The notes below the pieces were generated by a model. That model worked only from the letters and a program-made list of their open reading frames with translations, ran no database searches and was not told the DNA's origin. A stretch of 62,046 nucleotides of DNA, from assembly GCA_015680685.1 (NCBI GenBank), contig MNCI01003167.1, positions 2,498-64,543 of the forward strand, given 5' to 3'. The stretch comes from Gnetum montanum. Its lineage: Eukaryota; Plantae; Gnetophyta. Position numbers and translations under genes: made by a program. Within the stretch, counting starts at the first letter, position 1, and every line of letters begins with the position of its first letter. Below, one piece after another: positions 40,934 to 54,411 of this stretch.

Positions 40934-40950
40934 CCCTCCTTCTAGTGCAA
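40934..40950 (-). promoter_or_regulatory. PBS of element B, complementary to tRNA-Asn 3' end
   Basis: Plus strand CCCTCCTTCTAGTGCAA vs plant tRNA-Asn 3' end CCCTCCTTCTAGCGCCA; 6 nt from the LTR. Confidence 0.8.
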
Positions 40951-40956
40951 GAAAAC

Positions 40957-42096
40957 TATGGTAACTGAAAACGTTGATAGCTGGAAACACTGAGAGGTTG
41001 TTAGTTGGATAGTCTTAACCCTAGATCCATGCAAGGGCAATGCTAGATAAAATGGAAGTGGGGTGCCTTCAACGGTCTGTTTGATCAGACAAGGACTTAG
41101 TCGGTGTCACTAAACCTTATGGAAACATTTAATATGGAAACAATGCTTATAGTGTAAAATAAAAATTTATAAATGAAAGGAAGCAAAAATGATATAAAAT
41201 GCAATGATAAGCAGGAAAATAAAGCGAACTAGAGTTAAGAAATGCATCACTTGAAGATTATAGCTTTACTTTATCAAGATGGATACAATCGATTGCGCAA
41301 CACTAGGAAGCACAGAGATTCCAAAAGTAACCTGGACATTCAAAGCAAGCCAACTGTGTGCTTGAACATGGACTTAAAAGCCAATAATGCAAAATGCTAC
41401 AAAGATAACTTGTCGACTTTGTTAACAAATTGCTAACTATATTTGCCAACTGGGGATTTTTTTTTCCCACCCTTTGCAAAAATTTGCTAACCAACAATTG
41501 CTAAATTTTACCAACCAAATTTTGCCAATATTTGCCAACCAAATAGCCAAAAGCTAAAATTTTTTCCAAACAACAAAATTGCCAATTTGCCAACCCTTCA
41601 AGGATTTCTCATTAGGGTATTTATAGGGCCAGGAGGATGCGAGAAGTGAGGCCTAGATTACATGTGTCCTGGACCCACAAGATGTTGATGTGTCCGTAGT
41701 GCATGGCCATGCAAAGCTGGTCGTGAACCTGTCACACTGCAATTACACTATTATAATTAGAGATGATAGGATTAGGTGTGCCAACGATGAAGACAAGGAG
41801 TGAAGCATACTGTTGTAGCGTAGCTGCCTGGTAAGCTATGCTACACTATGGAGGATAGCATGTTGGCATAGCATAGCTACTTGCTACACTCAACTACCTG
41901 CTATGCTACGTTACACTGTGGAGCATAGCATGTTGGTGTAAAGTAGCTGCTTTCTTTTTTGTGCTATGCTATGTAGCGTAGCATATCCTAGCCACTAGTT
42001 TGAAGAAGAAATTTTCATTGGAGTTAATTGCATATGCTAAAAGCCTTTGAAGTATTTTGGTTGGTTCTACATGTTTTCTATGCTATGCTATGCTAT
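40957..42096 (-). repeat. 5' LTR of element B, truncated
   Basis: Collinear with 23633-~24762; similarity ends in a TGCTA microrepeat. Confidence 0.88.
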
Positions 42097-42109
42097 AGAT
42101 GCTTTAGGT

Positions 42110-43220
42110 GTGGAAATGATATAGATCCTCTTGGTAGCGCACAATACTAGTCCAAGGCTTTTATCATTAGAGATAGAGGAAAACTTCTCATGATGGTATG
42201 TGGCTAGGGTTGTAGTAATAGGCATTTAGAATGGAAGATTATGAGAGGGACATTCAAGTTACCTTCACTGTTGTACTTGGTGAATTGTGAAATGGGGATG
42301 ATTGATAGAAGAGTTATTAGCAAGATAGCAAGACTAATGGGATCATCTTTGTAGAAGTCCATTATCTTCACTATTTGTCTTATGGAAGCTTTAAGCTTCC
42401 ATGGTTCTTCCATAAAGTTCTGAATCATCTAGAATTCTTGATCTAGTCCTTAAGGAATTCTTGTAGGCTATGATTCTTGTACGAATGGTTGTGATATCAA
42501 CTAAGAGGCCTATGATCTTATGATGGCTTGTGGTATGGAAGGGAGAGGCTGGGTCGTGGTGGTCATAGAAGAGCTAAACAAGGAGAAGGATGTTTATGAT
42601 AAATCTTGAGACACAAAGGGGACAAAAAATATTTTTGTTCTTTGGATTGCTTATGATCCCATCATGGGGCCTACTAGTATAGAAAAGAGATAGGTAGTGG
42701 TGAAAACCATCAATCAAGACCATATATACTACCACTAGGTGGGAAAGGGCATGGATGAAAATAGGAAGATCATTTGAGGCACAAACTATGCCTAATGGAT
42801 CACTATAATAGGGACCATACCAAACATGATTAGGTATAAAGGTGATGATGGTTGAGATACATATCCTATAGAAGAGACAAGTGAGACTATATTGATCATG
42901 GTGGTTTGAAGGGTGGATTGTTGGAATAGGCCTCCAATGAAGGTTTTTGGTTTGAGCCCTATCTTGAACTCATCGTGTTCTTTATGTTGGATTTTCAAGA
43001 TCGATTTCCCATCTTGCTCATCCATCTTAACTAATTAAGAGATAATGTGGGTTTGAACATCATTTAAGTGTATTTTATCATAGGAAGAGGATATGTATTC
43101 ATTCCCATTATTATGGATTAGCTTGTACTCATGCTTGGCTTTCATCTTTATGTGAGGAAGGAGTAATCCAGCTTGGATTTTTACAAAAATATTGTTGTAG
43201 TGCTCTTCATGGAGCATAGA
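42110..43220 (-). pseudogene. gag: gag fragment of related element C
   Basis: MDFYKDDPI...FTKYNSEGNLNVPLIIFHSKCLLLQ is homologous to B gag MDFYQDDPI...FTKYNEEGDSNTHLVMFRSESLLLQ. Confidence 0.8.
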
Positions 43221-44136
43221 GAATTTTCAATTTTTCCCTCATAGCCTAAGAAATTGTCTATACTTGGCTATAGTAGGGTCTCTAGGATCATAGATCCTTC
43301 ATATTTTCTAGATGTCATTTTGGTCATGTTGATGGGTAAAATAGTGGACTTACAAAAAGACATTGTCAAAAATGTTGATTTTAAAATTTTACTATTTTTA
43401 ATAAAATTTTGTATGAGTTTTGATTTCTTAATGTTGTAGTTGACTATAAATGAAAAGTAAAGTTGAAAGTGTTACTATAGTGTTAACGGTGCACACCACC
43501 TTTGGAAAGGTAGTGTTGAGATTTTGTAGTTGGTAATACCAACTATGTTGGTTTTCCAAGTGTGTTTACACTAGAGGATATGCAGTAGGACATAGTATTT
43601 TCTAGCCAACTACACTATAGTAGTTGGTGGAAAATGGGTTTTCACTTTGAAAAACCAAACTACAAAATTTCAAGCCAACAAGTGTATGCTAGTTTTAGAA
43701 AATGGAATGTGCAAAACTTTTTATTTTCCAAGGACTACACTAGAGTCCTAGTGATGGCTATGCTATCTTTTTGGCTACCAAATTTCATAATAGATATATT
43801 GGGTTTTAAAATGGCCTAAGCTAGATTCTAGCTATCTAGTGTAGGTTTCAAAAAAGGCAAAAATTAGGTGTTTCTATTGGCTACACTAGGTTTCATAGAA
43901 TCCAAAAACTACCATGAAATTGTAGTGAAAATTGAAATACCCTACCGCAACTACATTGGTTATTGTGAGTAGGAACTAGGATGCCAACATTGGGCTTTGG
44001 CTATCAAAAATTTCAGTTTCAATGTTTGGAAGGAAAAAAACCTAGTTTTGAAAAATGGCTAAAAATGTTTTGCAAAAGGTTTGCACAAGTTTCAAAAATA
44101 TTGAAAACAATTTTTGGCTAGAAATTTGGACAAAGG

Positions 44137-44153
44137 CGCTCCTTCTAACACTA
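44137..44153 (-). promoter_or_regulatory. Degenerate tRNA-Asn PBS of element C
   Basis: CGCTCCTTCTAACACTA, 13/17 match to CCCTCCTTCTAGCGCCA, next to LTR-homologous sequence. Confidence 0.65.
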
Positions 44154-45128
44154 GAAAGCTATTGCAATTGGAAAATTTGGTCACTAGAAAATTAACGATC
44201 CCAAGATGTGAGAGTTTTAACCATGAATCCAAAGGGCCTCTAAAAATAAGATTGAAGGTACCCTGGATGGTCTTGTTGATCACCCAAGAACTTACAAAGT
44301 GTGAAATGGAAATGAAAATAGAAATATAATTATAGATTAAAAAAAACATATAATAGAATTAATCTTGAAAATAAATTTGCACTACAACTGAAGTGAAACT
44401 TTATTAAATAGAATTATCAAGTTCACGAAGTATAGATGGGTTCTTATAACACAAGAAGCTAGATGGAATGAAGGTTGAAGCCTATTGGAGATGGCAAGAT
44501 GTGTTCTGTAGTTAATATCCATAGTCTAAGAACCTTCCAATTTTAATTCCTTGCAACTCCTTGGTTGTTTTCATTTTGGTCTGCAACATTGGCTATGGAT
44601 GGTGGTAAAATTGGTACAAGATTTTATTCCAATGATGTTCCACCAAGGATCTCTAATTCTAAACTTAAACACCAAATGGAATTCAAGCTCTCAAGGTTGC
44701 AAAAGGTTATATATTACTTGGTTATAAAAATCTTAAAAAATTTCTATAAAATTACTGGAACTTCTAAACATTAGAAACCTAAATATGGCATTCATGCTTG
44801 GATTTTATATGCTTTAGCTTGTTGATTTCATGCTAAAAATTACTTTCATAATTGCTAATGGATCAACATTGGTTGCAAGTCTAATGGTTATAATTTCCAA
44901 CATAGTTGATCATTTTTTGAAAGTTTTTCTACAACCAAGACACCAAAACCCATATGCATACTAAAAATAGTAAAATAACTTTTGTGACTAGACTATCCTT
45001 CACCTTGACTATAATAGCCTTGAATACGACATTGGCTATTGTTGAAATTTGCTAAAAGCATGGTAACTACACTGAATAAACTACATCTACTGGAGATCCA
45101 TGTTGACTATGTTGGTCATGGTACCACC

Positions 45129-46069
45129 TGATGAGTGGCTAGATATCCCTACGCCCAACCATACGAATCATGAGTGTTCACGCATGACTCAGTTGAAATC
45201 CATAGATTGTAAGCACTTAGCATACACCAGACTTATAACCAATGAAACCTTGGGTTAGAATGGTCATTGTTATCCTAATCTCACTTGTGAAGCTTTGTTT
45301 ACATTGGTTAAGTGAGACTAAGGCTAATGATTTTTATATCCTTTTAATTATCTTTTTGGTGACTAATAATTTTGGAAAATAAGGATAGAATATTAATTAA
45401 TCTAAAATTATCTTAATCTAAATCTTAACTATTCCTAACATAAGTATCTGGTCCCATCTTCCGAGCATGTTCTGAGCATCTCCTAACACCTCTAGATTAC
45501 TAGACGTTAAGCATCACTAGGCTTACCAAGCATTTGGATTACGTTCAAGATGGTCTTACTTATGGCCTTAATGAACTATGAATAAATAATGGCAATTAGA
45601 TTTATAATAACGAAAACATAAGTAATTTATAACGATAACATAAGTAATTTATAACGATAACATAAGTAAGTGACAAGTAACTAATAACACATAAACATAT
45701 TAAACTATTAAATGCATGAAATAACTATGTCCAAATACTGCAAGGATTACTTGAATAGTTTATATTTATTGCCATCATGCCAATGGGCTTAGAGACATCA
45801 ACGCTCGAATAAAGATCCAATCAGTTTTCTTACACCTGCTGTGGGCACATGGAAAATATTCTATCTCTTGCAAAAGAACTGCAAGAGCTTCGCTACTACT
45901 ACTCAAAAGATGCCTAAATGAGGTAGACGGCCCTCATATTTATAGATCAGGGAATGGTGGATGCGTAAACAGGGCCACGTTGATGCATGGCGGCTACATC
46001 GATGGGCCCGCGTTGATGCAGCCACGTATATGCAGCCCAGTCAATGCATTGACTTATGACACTTCATCA
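45129..46069 (-). mobile_element. Solo LTR (941 bp)
   Basis: TGATGA...TCATCA termini; perfect 5-bp TSD CCACC on both sides (45124-45128, 46070-46074); minus-strand TATA at ~45938. Confidence 0.9.
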
Positions 46070-46291
46070 CCACCATTGAAAAGTTATCATTACTACACTT
46101 GCCACTACTAGGAAGATGGAAAACCCAACAATATCAATGTTGGTCTCATAGCTACACTATGTTGTGTGGTGACTATGTTGGGTGTTGTTACTAGAATGTG
46201 AAAATGCAACACCATTTATGCTAGGTGATAGATAGCTTAGGAATAGTTGAGATTGTACCTCTACAAAAATCCATGAAAATGCCAAATTTGT

Positions 46292-49200
46292 TGTGGACCT
46301 TTTCATATGTTAAAACATTAGGTAAAATGGAGTACAAGGTTGTTTGTATGGTTTTTTTATTTAAAAGAGTAAGGGAAAAGGATTTAAGGACTCACAAGAA
46401 AATTTAGAATCACAAGGGATCACAAGGACTCAAGGAGGCATGGATGAATATGAAGATTTTATGCAAAATACGTCTATTTTTGTTGAGGATGATTTCTTGA
46501 TATTTTAGCATGTTTTGAAGGGTTTCCAACTCATTTTGATGAGTCGAGGAGGTTATAAGGTCTATGGGGACTTGTTTGGAGGCATCCATAAGCTCTCAAC
46601 ATCAAAACAAGTAGTTCCATTTATGGCCCCTACAAAAGAGACATCTTTCCAATACCAAAGATGTCTTTCCAGAAGGTAGCGGAGGTGAAGATGTCCTTAC
46701 AAAACAACAAATGTCTTTCATCAAATGAAGACATTTTTCATCAAACCAAGTCATCTTACCATAGTTTAGGTCAATTATATAAAGGCATCTTTTACTAGAT
46801 GAAGACATCTTCCAAAAATAGAGGCTAGCTACAGAAAGACATCTCAACCATGAAGAAGGTGTCTTCCACAACCATTAGATAGTCATTGCACAAGTTCCAA
46901 AATAAATTTGTGAACATAGTAGCTATAAGAAGACTTCATTCTCATTGGGAAATGAGAAAGAAAAGTATACTATTAATTGTAATCATCTAGCAATCATTGT
47001 TGTTCTTTATTACATTATCTTTTGTATTATTATAAGTGGTCAAAGTGTGTTGTGCTTCATATTTAGTGTAGTAATTAGTTAACAAGTATAGTAGTACCTA
47101 GGCAAAGCATACACCTTGTAGTAAACATCCATGGAAACCTTACTAGGATGGGAATTCATAGAAAGGAAGTGCCATTGTCCTAAAATACACCTACTACTAT
47201 TCATATACACATGTTGGGATGGGAGGATACTTTCTAGAAACCTATAGGAAAAGGAGGTAGCAAGTGGGCCAATAGCACCAAGAGATAGTCTCACATCAAA
47301 CTACCACCTAAAATAAAGACATCAACATAAGAACATATGTTGGCCTAAGCCCTTGCCACTTGAGAGTTAACATTCATCAATAGAGCACCAGAACATTAGC
47401 TGCATACTTCTTTCAATATGATATACCTATGAAAGCTATCTAGAAATTGTAAGAACACTATGTAGATACCTATGGAATTGTTATTTAAAGTATAAGGATC
47501 AATAAAATTAGTTTCATTCTCTTCTCATAATTTTTATTCTCTCTTATTATCCTACAGGACTGATGTGCTTCTTGTTGGAAGCCATCTTGCTTGAGCTTGT
47601 CTGGAGCCTATGGGATTGAATGTTGGTGTAGCAACTCAACACTCTAAACTAGAGCTCAATTTGTAAAGGTAGTGGGATCCTTGAAACCACATTCTAAGCT
47701 TGTCAAGACCATTTGGGGTTGAGTGGTTGGTTTAATGTCACAACAATCCATAATGGAGCTTAGAGATTGTACAAGGTGTGCTGTCCTTCAAACCATCATT
47801 GAGCTTGTTGGGACCTTGTAGGGTTGAGGGTTGTTCCAACAATGAAAGTATTCTTATTAGAGCTTAATATTTTTAAAGGTTATGGTTTCCTCTAGATTAC
47901 ATTTTTAAGGAACAAAGTCTGGAGGTGTGTAAGCAATCTACCCTCTGAGTGTGGACTACCCAAGTTGGCGAACCATGTTAAAATTGGTTGTTTTCTTTGT
48001 GTTGGAGAATTTTTGTTTTGGAGAACTTATCAATTTCTCCCTCCTTATAAGCTCAAAAATCATCAATTTGTATTAGATCTTGGTACTCTTGTAGTCTACA
48101 TCAATCTTCAAGAGTGAACATGGAAGGGGCAATCAACATCGAACACATCTAGAGAAAGAGACAAATGTGCTTCATCAATTAGTATGCTAAATTCATCTAT
48201 TGAATTTGCTATGAAGGTAAGTCTCTCATTTCCTTATTTACATTAAGAAATAAAGAAGACTATTCTTATAAAGTTGAAAAAACTTATGATTATCTAAATG
48301 ATGTTTCCTTTGAAGAAAGGTATGGAATACCTTTCCTTGTAGTTCTTTCTTTCCAAAATTTGTGCATTGATATAAAAGATGTTTTATATGATAAAGAAAT
48401 AAAAAACTAAAGTTCTTAATGATGAATGTTTTTATCTCAAGAAAGAGAACTTAGATCTTAATGCTAAGATTCAAAAACTAACCAGTGTAATTCAGCATAT
48501 GAGTAAGAGCTTTAATCAACAAAACCCCAATCAATTTAAAGGTAAGGAAAGAGGTAAAACTTTTTCAAGTTCTAATTTTGATTCATCTTCAATAGAATGC
48601 TTAATATGTGGTGGAAGAGGCCATGTGACCTCTGAATGTTGTAGTAATGATAGGTTATAGCAAAAGGAAAAAGATAATAAAGTAATTAGAAAGACCAACT
48701 TCTACTCAAGTTGGGATGATGGAGAGTAGAGTAAGGAAGAGGTGATGGACAATGCAAAGGATTCACACATCATCTATATGGCTCTCACTGATGATGATGC
48801 TAACACCTCAAATGATGAAATTAATAAGGATGAGAGGTTTAGTTTATTATGTAATGAACTTTTAAATTTTCAAAATATTCTTACAAATTTGAATAAGAAA
48901 GTAAAAAATAAGATCAATAAATTTCTTTATCGAATACAATAATTTTAGATCTTACTAAGGAAATCTTAGATCTCAAGGATGAGAATAAAGAGCTAACCAA
49001 GTCATATAAGAAAATGAAATAAGATCTTACATATGTAAAGCTTGAGAATGAAAGGTTGGTTAAAGAGAAAGAATTCCTTTGAATGGTTCTTGAACAAGGA
49101 AGTGGACTTGGATGCTATTTCCAGGTATAAGAACCTATACAACATTCATCCCATCTAAAGGAATCTCTAAGGAGTAAGGGTACTACATTAAAAGAAGCTC

Positions 49201-52200
49201 TTATCCATCAAAAGAATCCTCAAATGTTGATCATTATAATAACTTTTTCTACAAAAGGAGGATTAGATGTTATTATTGTAATAAGTTTTGGCATAATCAA
49301 TGGGAGTCAAATTTAAATTTTTACGATATGAATACTTGGTCATATCACAAGACTCCTTGGTCTTATCAAAATGCATTAAGAAAAAAATTTGTGTAAGCAA
49401 AAAAATATTGGACAACTCAAAAGAATGAAAAAGCTTGAAAATTTTGCAGAATCAAGATGAAGGAACATAAAAATGAGAACACACTATCTGTCCAATTTAT
49501 GAAAGGAAGCCAATCCTTGAAAATTAAAGAAGTTTGTGCAAGAAGAGAAACTTTGAAAGAGAAATCTTATTCTCTAGTACTCTAAGAACCTTAATTCTCA
49601 ATTACAAGTAAGGTAATATTTTATTTCCTTTCTTGCTAAATATCATATCAGTATTTAATTTAGAAATACTAAATTGTGTTGATGTGTGCTTTCTTCATTT
49701 CAAGCTATGGGATGTTAGCTTTAGTATTCTACATATGTTAATATAAGTGGTTACAATGGAAGATATTTAATATTGTTATAATATTTTAAATTATGGTATC
49801 TTTTGTGTATGTATAAGCATAATGTGATTACTCTTATAATTGAATTAAATTTTGTGGTACTTATGAACTTTTAAAATATTTTATTGAAAAATCATCTTTT
49901 GATATATTAATTTCAAGTGATTTAAAATCCTTGTATAAATTTCATGAATTGATAAACCTTTTCCTTTGAGATATGGATTTTTTCTAAAATCATAAAGTCA
50001 AATTAATTTTGTAAGATTCTTTTCTTTATGATAATTGAAGAAATTAAATTAGTGCCTTCAATGCTATTCATGAATCTTCTAAGAAAAGTATCATTGAAAA
50101 AGGAATTATTATGAAGTACTCTTAATAGAAGACTTTAGTCTCCATACTTGATCTTAATGCTAATTTGCAGGGATAGTACTTTGATGAGAAAATAATAAGT
50201 TGATCCAAAAGCATCTACAGGGAGCATTCAAATCTACGCATATGTAGGGGAGCTTGTACCTAATCCAAGAGGCCACCAATGTAGGGGGAGTGTTCTCAGG
50301 ATTTTAGCAAAAGACACTCAAGTAGCAAAACTTCATATTTCAACTCACCGTTAGCAAAAATTGAGCAAGGAAGAGCATATTCATTTGGTAATGTTGTAAA
50401 GGAGGATATTTATTAACTCCTTATCTAAAGATGAACCTTTATGGTAAAATATACTAATGTTTATATGTTATATAAACTTACTTGTGAGCTCTATTTATTG
50501 TTTGGCCTTTTGTATGTTGAGAATATATATTTTAAAGTACCTAAGGCCCTTATTACAAATATGAATTGAGATGTACTAGAATAGGTGTTCATGATACCTT
50601 TTGGTAAGATATGAGGTATATCCATATGCTATTTTTCTAGCCTTTAACATAATTATCATATATTATTTTATGAGTTTTCTTTTGGATAAAAAGTTGATTG
50701 GTTGTTTTTTATCTTTTGATATATTCAACATGATTAGATGTGTTACTTTGTCTCAAAATTTAAATATGCATGTTTTAAAATCTCTTGTCATGAACTTGCT
50801 ATCAGATTGTTGATATTTTAAAAAGAATGTTGGATGATTCTAGAATCATGGTAGATAGGTTACTGAAAGGCTTGGATTAGTTGTGCTTCTTGTTGTGAAT
50901 AGATAAAGGACTACACTTGATAAAAACTAATTTTACTTCATCAACCCTATGAAATTAATGAGATGTGTACTCTTTAATTGGTTCTCTTCAAAAATGATTT
51001 TATGTCATGCACATCTATATCATAAAACACTTTTATTGGTGCTTAGATTGTTTTGGGTGTTTTTCATATAGGGGGAGATATTTGTGTGATAATGGTTATG
51101 CACGTTATGCAATGGCTTTCCAAAACTATATATTTTTGTTCTAAAATGATGTATCCTTAAGATATAGGTTTATATGCATTTTCTTAATTTTTGGACATTA
51201 CCAAAAAGGGGAGATTGCGGACATTTTGATATGTCAAAATGTTGAGGAAAATGGAGTACAAGGATGTTTGTGTGGTTGTATTTATAAGGGTAAGAGTAAA
51301 GGACTCAAGGACTGACAAGTAAATTCAATATCACAAGGACTCAAGGGAGCATGAAAGAATAAAAATATTTTAAGAAAAATATGTCTATTTTTGTTGAAGA
51401 TGCTTTCTGAATGTTTTTGCATGTTTTTTTTGGGGGTGGGTTGTTTGGCTAATTTTGATGATTCTAGAAGTTTATAAGGTCTATGGGGACTTATTTGGAG
51501 GTATCAAGAGGCTCCTAGCATCAAAAAGAGTAGTCTCATTTTTGGCCCCTACAAAAGAGACATCATTCCCATACCAAACACATCTTTCTAGAAGGTAGCA
51601 CAAGTGAAGACATCTCTACAAAATAGTAGACATATTTCATCAAAAAAAGATGTCTTTTACCAGATCAAGATGTCTTCCCAGAGTTGAGGCTAGTTATATA
51701 AAGATGTCTTTCACCAAATGAAGACAGCTTTGCAAAATAGAGGCTAGATGCAGAAATATGTCTTAGCCACAAAGGAGACATCTTCCATGACTATTAGATA
51801 TCCATTGCACAAGTTTTGAAATGAATTTGAAAACATAGTGGCTATAAGAAGACCTCATTGTTATTGGGAAATAATAAAGAAAAGTATACTCTCGATTGTA
51901 ATCATCTAGCAATAATTGTAATCATTATTCTTCTTCATTGTATTATATTTCATATTATTGTAAGTGGTCAAAGTGTATTATGCTTCAAAGTACAAGGATT
52001 ATGAAAATTATTTGCATCCTCTTCTTATAATTATTATTCTCTCTTGTTGTTCTATGGGGTTAATGTGCTTCTTACAAGAAGGCATCTTTCTTGATCTTGA
52101 TGGAATCCTATGGGATTAAGTGTTGGTGTAGTGTCACAATACTCTAAAGTATAGCTCTAGTTGTAAAGGTAGTGGGATCCTTAAAGCCACATTCTAAACT

Positions 52201-52600
52201 TTTCGAGACCTTGTAGGGTTGAGTGGTTGATGTGGTGTCACAACACTCCAGAGTGGAGCTTGAAGATTGTATAGGGTGTGTTGCCTTGCAAACCATCTTT
52301 GAGGTTGTTGGGACCTTGTGGGCTTGATAGTTGTCATAGCAACAAAACTCTCCTTAACAAAGCTCAAAGTTTGTAAAGGTTATGATTTCCTCTAAACCAT
52401 ATTTTCTAAGGAACAAATTTCAGAGATGTGTAAGAAATCTACCCTTTGAGTGTGGACTACCCAAATTGAGAAACCATGTTAAAATTGCTTGTGTTCTTTG
52501 TGTTGAAGAACTTTTGTTTTGAAGAAATTATTCATCCCTTCCCCTCCTTCCCCCTTCCCACCACCCCCATGCCTTGCCCACCCCCCCACCCCCCAAACAC
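46292..52600 (+). mobile_element. Element D: non-autonomous SIRE/Maximus-like Ty1/copia (gag only)
   Basis: LTRs 46292-48065 and 51216-~52600; degenerate iMet PBS 48068-48079; PPT AAAAAGGGGAGA plus extra GGGGAG copies (~50246, 50283, 51070); decayed gag with ECLICGGRGHVTSEC; no pol seen. Confidence 0.85.
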
Positions 52601-54411
52601 ACTCACTTTTAAATTCAATGATCCTTATCCCCAAGGTAGTTTAAGCCTTTCCAAGCCCACATATAGACATAATGGCACTTTTTCCACTTGAAAAGTGAGG
52701 TAGTAATAAATTGTAAGGTATGTTTTAGCCCCAAAAGTTAAAGTATGTAAGATTGTAGCTCATGAACTACTAATCTTACATTTACAATGAAAATTTGCCT
52801 CAAGTTCGCTAGTGAAGGTTACAAGTTGCAAAATGTATTTTCTAAGTGGTGATTCAATCAGCTTTATCATAAAATAAAGAAAAGGTTGCATTTCTTATGT
52901 TTTGTTATAAATAAAAATATATTTTTAAATGTTGCATGATGTTATAGTGGATCAAAAACTTATAAGTGAGGTTGAATAATTTTCCTAATTAAAATCACTA
53001 TAGCCATAAAATCAAAATCAACTTTTTAGTGTTTCCCCAACATGGATAGTACACACTTGGAGGGTAGATTCATTACACACATTTGGAATTTGTTGCTTTA
53101 AAAAAATATGGTTTGCAAGACACCATAACCTTTACACAATTTGACCTCTCCTACAGAGAGTTTCATCACTACAAAACCTCTCAACTGCGTAAGCTCCGAA
53201 CATGCTAAAAATATGGTTAAAAGGATCCTAAAACCTTTATAAATGTCATCTTCACTCTAGAGTATTTTTTCATAGCAAATCCACTTAACCATGTAAGGTC
53301 CCAATAAGCTCAACAAAGATGTCTTTCCACAAGAAGCACATCAACCCCATAAGGCTACAAGAAATAAAATAAAAGAATAACGAAAAAGTTTAATCGAATT
53401 CCCAATATTTTTCACTTTATCTTATAGTCTATGGAAAGTGCTTATAAAATTCCCAATATTTTCACTTTATCTTATAGCCTTAAAGTTTCCAAAAAATCCT
53501 TAAAATATATGCAATGAATATTAGACATCTTAATGAGAATGCTCCCAATGCAAGAGAGACATCTACAAAAAAATGTAGACATCTACAGATAGATGTCTAT
53601 CCTCAAAAGTAGAGATCTAGCGTTTTTCCTAGACATCTACTTTTTTGAAGTAATTCAAAATATGAAGCATTTCTTTGATCCTTGGGCTTCTCGGTTGTCT
53701 TTGAAACATCTTCATTTGGCTTGTAGACCTCATTTCCATCCATGCTTTCATCTAGTCCACTTACTCTTCGTTTTAACATCTCATCATGGATCTCATTTCT
53801 AAAGTCTCAAATCTTCATGTGAAGTTATTTTTCATGGTCTTGCAGAATTATCATTACACACATACATTCTACATTCTCTATTTTCTTTAAGGTTTTGACA
53901 TAACAAAAGGTTAACAATCATCCCTTTTTGGTGATGTATAAAACATAAGAAAATGGGTTAGTATATCTTATGGTATAAATTAAATGATAAACAATAGAAG
54001 CATTTAAGACTTATAAATTGTAATGGCAGTAGAGAGTATCACAAGAATAGGAATATAAAGGGTCAAGTCAAAGGTTTCAAATCACATGAATCCACAAGAA
54101 GGAAAAACATGAAAAATTAATGTCACCATAAGGTCTCCATGAACTATCCAAAGGTCAAACCTATCTTCATAATATATCATGATACAAAAAACATAACATA
54201 GCTATCCATACACATAAACATGATGTCCATATAATAAAAGATCAACAATAATAGAATCTACTCAACATCAAAAACAAAATAAAATATGATCACTCTCCAT
54301 ACAAATATGCAATCCATAACCATATACAAACATCCACAAATATGATGTCCATCCAGAAAAGCTCTTTCCCTTTTTTGGACATCATCCAAAAGGAGGGACC
54401 ATCAAAGGAAC

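Larger units (their letters stand above)
23633..42096 (-). mobile_element. Element B: Tat/Ogre-type Ty3/gypsy retrotransposon (~18.5 kb, 5' LTR truncated)
   Basis: LTR pair 23633-25488 and 40957-42096; tRNA-Asn PBS; PPT; gag-PR and RT-RH-aRH-IN on the minus strand. Confidence 0.92.
44160..52856 (-). repeat. 5' LTR of element C, split by a solo LTR and by element D
   Basis: Pieces ~44160-44900 and ~52620-52856 are reverse-complement homologs of A's LTR (11280-12848); minus-strand start TGAATCACC at 52856. The 46075-46291 piece is assigned by position. Confidence 0.7.
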
